Below, one piece after another: positions 54,567 to 64,000 of a stretch of 64,000 nt of DNA. The DNA is taken from the NCBI GenBank assembly GCA_964247055.1, contig OZ176055.1, forward strand, positions 4,464,001 to 4,528,000. The letters are read 5' to 3'. Both the position numbers and the translations under genes were made by a program. Under the pieces are notes generated by a model. That model was given only the letters and a program-made list of their open reading frames with translations. It was not told the origin of the DNA and did no database searches. Positions within the stretch are counted from its first letter, which is position 1. The number at the start of each line of letters is the position of its first letter. The stretch comes from Paragordius varius. Lineage: Eukaryota; Animalia; Nematomorpha.

Positions 54567-55739
54567 AGCATAAAGTCAATATTTTTATTTTTTAATATAA
54601 TTTTTTTTTGATATTAGCAAATTAAAAAATATAGAGAAAAAAAAATGATGGCGATAAAGTGGATTAATTACAAATTTACACTTAAAAAATTTTTTTTGTT
54701 TTATGGGCCTAAAAGGCTAAGAAAGCATATTTTCAAATTCAACCCATTAAAATTTTAAACACATTTAATTTTCAAATCGCTCTGGGATATAAAACTACCT
54801 CAAAAGCTCATGAAATATTAAAGAAGAAAATGACGTCGAAAACGTATGAAATGAGTTTTTACATTATATTTTAGATAAATTTTTTGTATTTAATTTTGGC
54901 AAAATATTTTTAAAAAAATGGCCCTGGGGTAAAAAATTACCAGAAAAGGTCAGGTAGTGTTAATAAATAAACCTTAAGGTAAATTTTAGGCAACATGACG
55001 ACATGTTTTTATTGGTTAAATAGAAAAATAAAAATAAACCACGTTTCCTCTTATTTATTTTTGATTTTAATAAATAATTACCAACTTTAATTTTAGCGTT
55101 AAAAACAGGATATACCATAGCACTTCAAGAGTGTCTTTGAACACTTTAAGTTGGTCCTTCAACTAAATTTGTTTTTAACTTTTATCAATCTAACCGTGCA
55201 TTATTAATATATTTTATTATTGTTAGCCTATTCTCGATTTAACCAAATTTTTAAATCACTCTTGATCATTCAGAAGCTGTTCTTTATTATTTAAAAAAAT
55301 ATTAATTTTAATAAGATTTCACCATGTACTTAAAAAAAATATATGTTTCCTGGTTTAATAAAATTTTTTCGTAGAAAATATTATAATACTAGACAACAAA
55401 TTTTTCTGTCACTCGAGTTCTTTGCATTTTCTGATATTTACTATCATTTTAACAGTAATCTGTAATAAAAATTATGACTTCACCTATTGTATAATTGGAT
55501 TTTTTTATGCGCCCTTTTTTCAGAATTTTACAAATAAAATATTTTTCTTTGAAAATATACAACAAATGCCCATTTTTATATCATTCGAAAGAGTAATTAA
55601 AACTCTATAACATACTAATATGTTTTACAGCGATGGGTAATATTGGACATGAGAAGCGACAAACTCGTTAAGCGAGAGTTTTTTTAATTGATATTTTTTT
55701 AACATATATGCATATAAATAGCTTAAACTTTGTCTAGTT

Positions 55740-56905
55740 ACTTCGATTCATCTAAATACCCCAGACTATATTTAAGTTGATATTTTTAATAAACTACTGA
55801 AAGAACAGTCTTAATTTAAATTTATGATTCTATCCTAATAAAAATTATATAAATAAGCCGAAATATCCAAATAAAATTTAAATTTGAAAAAAACTTCCAT
55901 ATCATACTAGTTCGACGCCATTTTATTTTTGCAACACCTTTGCAAAATATCGTGTTCATTTAATTTTGAAGCCAAGATTAAAGTTATTTTTTTATTTAAA
56001 TCACATCTAACATTGAAGAAACATAAAAAGTGGTGTATGTATTATTTTAAATTTAGCTAATGCAGTTTTATATAAAATAGTAATATCAGGTATTTTTAAT
56101 GGAATTTTGTTATATATTTTGGTTCATTAGTGCAAACTTTTGTCATGGTTTCAATTCATTCCACTTTTTTTAAAATATTAACAGGCCTGGGGTATCCAAC
56201 TACCCCAATTTGAATCGAATGACTAAAATGAATGTGTTGTATCTGGGGTTGTGCATTTGACTGCTTTTTCAAAAAAGTCCGGTCAGACCCAGTCAGACCA
56301 TGGTCATGACCACTATTTACTTAAGTACCATGCGATATTGGATTGTTAAAATAATGTTCGAATACACTTGCGTTTTACTTATAATGTCATGTTTTTTTTA
56401 AAAGTTTGTAAATATTTTCAATCGAATTCAATCAAGTATTTTGAATTTTGCCACATGTTTGTGGCCTTCTGATTCAATACATTGTTTTTAATGGATATTT
56501 CAATAAAATTTTACCTAATTTGTTTTACACTTTCTTTCATCTTCAAATATCCAATTTAGGATATTTTTCATTTTATTGGTTCACATATAAGGAATAATTG
56601 CGTATTTTGCAAAGTGCTTGATTGTTTTGTTTTTCGAAATAGCTGGATTTGCTTAAATGCTTATGTTCTAAGGAGTAATGTTTAAAATTTTTTAATATAT
56701 TGTTAAATAAATTTAAATATTTAATTTTTATTTTTTAAAAAATATATTAAAAAACAATAAAATCTTACCATCTCTCTTCCAAAAAAAATTTATTAGCATT
56801 TTTTCAAAAAACAGCCGTTTTTTTAATGACCAAGGTCAAAATATAAATAGTCACTGACCTGGGGTCATGACTTGGTCAGCACAACCCTAGTTGTATCCAA
56901 GTGAT
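55740..56905. mobile_element. Third copy of the TTAA-type element, interrupted by a hAT MITE
   Basis: 55740-56243 aligns with the 53916-54487 unit. The terminus resumes as TTGTATCCAAGTG at 56891. Confidence 0.7.
56244..56889. mobile_element. hAT-type MITE (646 bp) with perfect 8-bp TSD GTTGTATC
   Basis: Termini TGGGGTTGTGC and GCACAACCCTA. GTTGTATC at 56236-56243 and 56890-56897. Subterminal TCAGAC/GGTCA repeats. Confidence 0.85.
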
Positions 56906-58054
56906 AAATGGTAAAAATATAATAAATTACAAAATTGTGTTAAAAATTAATAAAATAATCTACCATACATTAAAGATTAAGCATATTTTATATTTATTTT
57001 AAGAAAGCCCATTTTAGCGGCGCCCAAAAATTTGCGACTTTTAGATCCTACAAATAAAAAAATTAATAAATATTATTTGCTTTATAGTCTATGATGTATT
57101 TTAATATTTTTTGAAATAAATCACTTAATTTCACTAAAAAAACTTATATATTATATGTAATTTTGCGACCTTTCGATATGAAGCAATCAACTAAAAAGTT
57201 GGATTAACTTCCCTAAATCACTCATAAAGGTCAAAACCAGAATAATGCTGATTTTTTATATCAGAATATATATAATATATCAGAATATTTGTTATATCAC
57301 CAGATTTTGTGCACTAGCAATTAATGAATTGAAAAATTGCATCGAAAAAGTTTAAAATTAGGATTTTTAACAATTTTACATTAGAATTTTTTTAAACATG
57401 CGTATAAAAGGCTAAAATGCATCTTTTTAATTTACCCCAATATCTTAAATAATATTTAAATCGGGTACAAAACAATCCCAAAAGCAATAAAGTGTTAAAA
57501 ATATGTGTGGAGTTTAAATGTAAACCGATAATGTTTGAAAAGGGTTGAGTTGGATTAAAAGTGTGTTGAGCCTACAATCCATAATTAGTAAATTTCCAAT
57601 CAATGCTCTTTCTATTATTATAAATATAAGTCAACCATTATAATATTCATTTTTTGAAATGTATTATCAACAGCTGTTATAAAAACTATCTAGAAAGACA
57701 AATTTACATCATGAATAAATTTAATGTGAAAGCCTTGATTAGCAATCGTGTCCTAAAATAAGTGGGCAATCTCTATACCGAATACAAATAATTATTTATT
57801 ATTTATCATTTTTGTATTATATTACTTTAAATATGTGTAAAGCATTTTTTTTCTAATAGGTAATTATTTATGTATGTATGGTATAATAATAATTGGTAAA
57901 GGTACAATAAAAATTTTAGTAAAAAATAGCACATACAAATATAATAACTATGGATAATAATTTTGAGGAAGGAAAAAAAATTAAGAGATAAATGCATAAT
58001 AAGTGTGTACGAGACAAACGCGATTCTCACACTTTTGTGTAAAATCTGCGATAA

Positions 58055-61000
58055 TTATATCAAAATATCTTTTTCTCGCGTCATATCCTTAACGTAATTC
58101 GTAAATTTTTTGAGAAATTTTGGGTATTCGCGTTTGTAAACAGCTCTCAATACCGAAGGAGGTGTCCATCCACCTGGATTAACTAAAAGAATAAAATTTA
58201 ATTTGTGGTAAATTAAGAAATTTTTCACAGCAATATTTAGCCAAATAATATTCCTCATATATTGAAATGTGGAAGAATTATTTTTATTTTCCAGTTATTG
58301 AAAATGCAAACAAATTAGCGTATTTAAAAATTAGAAAAAATACAATCAGACAGGCAGATATAATAATATAAAGCCAATTAATTTATTTTCATGTAAAATC
58401 AACTGATAGACATTTTATAAATTAAAATTAATTTCAAAGGGCGTGCAAAAAAGTATTTTATTTACTTTATCCTTAATATAGTGATTTTACTTAATTAAAA
58501 GCAATAACCTTATTTTAGAAATATATTTACAAGTTCACATATACATATCAATTTAATTTTCCGCTAAAAATAAATAAATATTTTACTTTTTGAACAATAA
58601 GTGATTTTACATTTAATATCATTGCGTTTCAATTGTCCATATTGCGTTATTAATGTTTCGAAATCTGTGACATTATCTCCATTCTTATCTATGGTGGATG
58701 GATTGTTTGATATGGCTTTTATCACGTGATCACGAACCAAAGTTTGACAGTGGAGAAATACTGCTAGCTTAACACGGATACAATTATTTTCCTAAAACAA
58801 CACAGTTATAGTTATTAGTTAATAGAATAACTAAAAATATTTATTTACAAGTAAAAAGGGGATATAGCCAGTACAATCTTTATTTTTAATAATGATCTGA
58901 ACTGGGGCCGTTTCTAAAAAAATTTTAAAAAAGTAATTCCAGTGTGATTTTTCAAAAAATCATGATTGCGGTTCTATTGTTTCTCGACCAGATGCCCATG
59001 ATTTCGGTTCATTTTTTTAATTTAGATATTATGCAGAGCATAAATTTGTCATTGTGGAACGTCTATTCGAATATATGTATCTGCACAGACGACTTTTTGA
59101 AGAAAGTGTTAAATATTATTAAATAAAAGATTAGCAAAATTATCAGTTCATCACTTTGGTAAGGGAAAAGAGAATTTATTAAGTAGCTTTCCAAAGTGAC
59201 TGTTGAGGCCAAGAATAATTAACTGTTTTTTAACTGGAAAAAAGATTGATTGATGAAGATGATCCCAACAAGAGATTCTTTCTTCAACTCTGTAGCTTTG
59301 TTGAGGAGCTACAAATTATATGTGTATGATTTTACCTTTCACATTACAACGGATTTTAGAAATTGGATCGTTAATTTGTTGTTGAGATAAACAAACTAGT
59401 TGAAGTCATTATGAATAAAAAAAGCCTGTACTAAATGCTATTATTCTAACTATCCCATATTTTGTAACCCTTATCACTTTCTTCAAAAAGCCGTCTAATT
59501 AGTAGAATTCCATTAATTGTTAGAACCGGTGCTACAATGCTAGATCAATGCCTCGGCACAGGAACAGATAAACGGTTATTTATCAATATCAAAATTATAC
59601 CTGCCTTTCGATTGCAGTATAAGTTAATAGTTCTAGAAATTAACCATAAATGTTTAAAGGCAATAATAATATGGTATATAGAATAAACTCTGGAAGCTCT
59701 AAAAGTATCATAAAACTAGAAGATAATTTCGTATAACGTCCACTACCCTTGATCCCCATATAAATTGTATTAAAACATGAAAATATCTGAAAAACGGATA
59801 CATAAGTCCACTAAATACATTAGTCGGGCAAAATCAAAACGTTTGATAAAAACAATAACAAAAATTAATGGTTATCACACGATTTAAAGCGGCCTTCTCT
59901 GCCAAAAACCAAGTCTTGAGATTATGGAAAAAAGATAAAACCATATAAAACTGCTTATATCAAGGGAAAACAATGTCAGAAAGCAATGAATGATTCAGTT
60001 AAGAAACTGGCGAAGAAATTGGGGTTAAATCCAAAGGTATGTCGGTTTATTTATGGGTAAAACAAGGTCTGATAATCTGGATAATATTGATAATAAACTT
60101 GTACATGTAATCAGATTAAAAGGTACCATCAGCCACAACCCAAAACTTTACTCAGGGTTTGCAAATTCTTTTAAAAAAACTAAATATCCTCAGGCTACCG
60201 AAGATGTTAAAACGATTCCAATCACGGGGTGCGCTGACCTTTTTTAGATATCAAAACAGCATTAAAATTAAAATAAGAAGACAGCTGGCATCCCAGAAGA
60301 CAATTGATATACTAGAATGGGCTAATCATGATAAAATGTCAACACTGATATATGATTCTTTTAATTCTATAAAAGCATCAAACATGGTCCCACATAAGTA
60401 AAGTGGCTTCATCATCCCTATCGATAAAGGTAACAGTGATAAGTTTAATCCTCAGTCCTACGAAGTAATAAAAATTTTGGAGCATACTATAAAATTTTAT
60501 GAATGTGCGATAATGAATCATCTAAATAAGTTATTCCATGTGAACGGTATACGATTTGGTTTTACTCAAAATAAAGGCACTACAATCTTTATTTCACACC
60601 AATTACAAATCCACACGTCAAACTGTTTGAATCAGAACACAACCCTTTAAATACAATTATGTTTTTTACACGCATTCTCAAGAAGTTCAATCAAACAATG
60701 AACCATGGCCCCAAACATTGCTATATGTAAGATCGATAGTCGATGTGATTCAAATGTGTACGATAAGATGAAGGGGTCAGATACATCGAGGAACGGTCCA
60801 ACATACTAAAAACAATGCCATAAACCATACCTTCAAACAATCAAAGAAGATCTAGCGCAACACAACCTAAACCTAAATCTAGCTGAACGTTATGGATAAA
60901 ACAATTAAAAGAGATTTTTTTAAAACAATTTTTTCAATGAATAATGCGACTGCATTAAAAAAAAATCTTATAGACAGATTTTACATAAGCATTATTAACT

Positions 61001-64000
61001 AGTGAACACTCAATTTTTAAATCGAGAAAAATATAACACTCTTGGTAAAAAAGCTTAATAAACGGAAAATTATTATTATATTATCAAAAAAATTAATAAA
61101 GTATACAGTAGCTTGTCCATGATCATTTGAGTAATTGCATACGGCCCAATTATTAAGGATACACCATCGATCTGTAGTACTACTCTTCAATTCCTTATCA
61201 GATATCGGTAAACCAGTCAAGGATTGATGAGCAGATATTTTTCGTATGTGAGACCAAAAACAACTGTCCCTTTGAGTAGCTGGCCAAACTCGTTTGTGAA
61301 GTTGGTGAAATATCAAAGTATCTTCCGACAAAATTTCAAGCACTTTCATGGATTCAAGAGTGGCTATTATAAAAATTCTTGTTATGCATATAGATTGTGT
61401 TTGTGTGAAAAATAAACACTCCCTCTTACCCTTTTTATTATGTTATGGTTGAAGTGATATATTTTTTAAAAATTCCCAGGATTGCCAATATTCTTGCTAA
61501 ATTTTTAAAAACTTTAAAATCCGGAAAAAGGCGACATTTTGGAGCGAGAAATAACTAATTTACACAAATGTTAACTACATAAACATTTATGGATAAAAAC
61601 TAAATCAAAAAAGATAAACGATGGATAATTGTGGTATCCGTAAATTATATGTTTATTTAAGGTAAATAAATTACTAATTTAGAAAAAGAGAAGAACCATT
61701 ATACTGATTAAATTTTAACAATGGGTCCTCAAAACCTTATTTCGCACTTTAACGCCGTTTATTTTAAAAAAAATTCTATGACATAGTTTATGACGGATAA
61801 TTTACAAAATATAAAATATATTAACAACGTAAAAATAAATTTTAAAAAATTAGTAAGCATTGAAAATAAAATGGTTGAATCCAGTAACCAACAAAATGAG
61901 ATAGAATAAAATAAATGTTATACAGCCACACAAACAAGAGTGACTTGATGCATTTAATTACTATTTTTGGGCATTCACAAAATCTCTCATGGTGAGTATG
62001 GAAAATATCATGCTTCGCAAAAACACACTGGTTAAAATATTTCATAATCAAAATAAAATTGTCATTAATCTTAATTTAATGCTACAATCATAAATTATAT
62101 TTTTATTTAAAGGTATTTTAAAACAGATTTTCGTACGAGTGTTTATTAATTATTTCGGGTTAATTTCCTGTTACATATTCCTTCATTATACACTATCATA
62201 AACAAAAAGAATAAAAATGATAATATGAAATCTATAAAAATTTTCACTTACTTTCCCAATCATAACGGTATTTTGGATCAAAGAAATAATGGCACATCTC
62301 CCGAGCAGTAACGCCCTAAATATTAAAAATTGCAATCCGCATAAAGTTAGATGTTTAAAAGCTGGAATGGTATATCAACTAAAACTATAGCATAGGTTTA
62401 ATTAACATGGCAAAAGCATAAAAACCACGCACTATTTCTTTTATATATTAAAATTCACCATGTTTACTAATTGGATTATAAAATGATCTCAAAATATTTA
62501 TCCCTCAAAAAAATAATAAATCCTAACCTGGACATAATGAATGGCTTTAAGGGGGTCACACACCAGCCCTTCCTCTTCAAGTTCCCTTTTAAATATTTTC
62601 ATATCCCCTTCCTGTGCTATTAATTGCCAAGCAGATATGTTCCCAATATTGATATTATTAGATATCGTATCGTTGTTTGTTGCTAAGCAAATAAACATCA
62701 TTTTATCACCAAATTAACATGCAAAACTAAAAGACCTAAACCTTAAAGTAATTTTTTATGAGCTTTTTATATGTATTATTTTTCCTTTATAATATTTAAC
62801 ATTTTTTATGTATCGTTTAAAAGATTAACTAATAGCAAATAATTACCTGTTAAATTTATATCGTTGTGCTCAACGTCAACTTGAGATATGACCAATTGAT
62901 CTTTAAACACTTGTTCAATCTATATTAAAAGGGCATAATGTTACTTTGTAATGAAAAATAAACTAGCCAAGTTTTAATTTCCAAAAATAATAATAAAAAT
63001 GGTTTTATAGTCAAGCATCAAAATATAATTAACTCAAAATACAGTTAAGAGTCTCTTTTTCTTTTTTTATAAAGGTTATAACAACTTAAATTGCAACAGG
63101 ACCTGTGAAAGCTTTAACACTCGCCTGCTCAGGGCCAATTGACAGTGATGATCGAAAAATTGCGTGGTTTGGGGATTCGAACTTTGGCACACCACAGAAA
63201 CACAGTATAAGAGTCCAGCACTCTACCAACTCTCAAATATAGTTGACTTAATTTAGTATGGAGTAACACTTATCCATATGTGGTGTGATAGTTCTAATCA
63301 ATATCCATCTTGATTGTTAATAAAATCTTATTTTCAAAAATCATGAAAAAAACCCTAAAAAACTAAAACGAAGGGTTGGCTGATGAACATTCAATACTCT
63401 CCAAAAATGATTATTAATAATAAAAAATATTAACCTCGTATGAAAGTCGGTGAGTTTTAATGTTTGGTAACGATGATAAGTTGCTCTCGACAGAACTTTC
63501 CAGATTTTTAATGGAAGGAGCATTTATAGATTGTTGTAAAGCAAATTTCTGCCTTTGGCTCAAAACCTAAAATATGCAAAAATGTTATGATAGAAAAGCT
63601 TTGTATCTTAAATCTTTACCAATAAGGTAAATTTATCGAATATATTAAAAGAAAGCCGCAATTCCTATTTTAATCAATGTTACTGAGTTTTTCCTTTAAA
63701 CACCAAGTAATAATTTTATCAAATACATAAATGTAAGCTTACATATTCCTCCTTGTCTAATTTGTCAAGCGTCGTTTCAACAGCATCGAAAAATTCATCT
63801 TCTTTAATTGAACTGTGTGGTCCTTCCTTTAAACAACAAAAATAAAGTTTTGTAAATAATTAATTAAACGAAAAGTTGATTTTGGAATTTAGTAAATTGA
63901 ATAAATGATATTTTTACAAAAATAAAGTTGCAAATAAAGTAAAATTTTTGTTATAAAAACACAGAATAAGAACCTCAAAATCTGGGCCTCCGATTCTCAG
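58055..64000 (-). CDS. CERT1: Ceramide transfer protein (CERT/COL4A3BP), 5' partial: FFAT motif and START domain
   Basis: Exons 64000-63974, 63826-63743, 63566-63435, 62919-62847, 62682-62528, 62315-62252, 61363-61107, 58791-58587, 58182-58055. [23 protein letters not shown] (FFAT), [40 protein letters not shown] and [27 protein letters not shown] match the family. Confidence 0.95.
59500..60900 (+). mobile_element. Decayed RTE-like non-LTR retrotransposon in a CERT intron
   Basis: Remnant RT-region text [34 protein letters not shown]...[11 protein letters not shown] and a C-terminal [10 protein letters not shown], with numerous stops and frameshifts. The left boundary is approximate. Confidence 0.7.
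63100..63235 (-). mobile_element. tRNA(Lys)-derived SINE-like element
   Basis: Minus strand GAGTTGGTAGAGTG (A-box/D-loop-like), CTCTTAT (CTT anticodon-loop-like) and GTTCGAATCCCC (B-box), but the stems do not pair. The 3' body is shared with 240-345. Confidence 0.55.

Noticed and set aside
63165-63245. Functional tRNA-Lys(CTT) gene
   Set aside because: Acceptor, anticodon and T stems do not pair and the spacing is too long. Treated as a SINE head.
1-64000. CRISPR arrays, rRNA, operons or other prokaryotic systems
   Set aside because: No regularly spaced direct repeats or rRNA-like sequence were seen, and the gene structure is spliceosomal and eukaryotic throughout.

Overview
AT-rich, intron-containing animal genomic DNA (probably an invertebrate bilaterian; the taxon cannot be fixed from sequence alone). 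Six protein-coding genes could be spliced together by hand with consistent GT-AG phases: (1) a BTB/POZ protein (-, runs off the left edge); (2) an Echinoid/Fred-like IgSF receptor (+, 7 Ig, 2 FN3, TM, 23 exons, first exon not located); (3) a STRAD (LKB1-activating) pseudokinase (-, 15 exons, about 817 aa); (4) SGF11/ATXN7L3 (+); (5) Capicua long form (-, N1/DUF4819, HMG box, C1, about 2150 aa); (6) the 3' part of CERT (-, FFAT and START). Introns and intergenic DNA hold two decayed Mos1-like mariners, RTE/BovB-like LINE fragments, a tRNA-derived SINE, several hAT-, TA- and TTAA-type MITEs (one nested) and a 70-bp near-perfect hairpin. The most striking feature is a 640-bp compaction zone at the STRAD/SGF11 junction. 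The two start codons are only 51 nt apart, and the four nearest introns are just 25, 22, 23 and 23 nt long. The other 57 modelled introns are all at least 67 nt. All homology calls are by recall of family motifs, not by database search.
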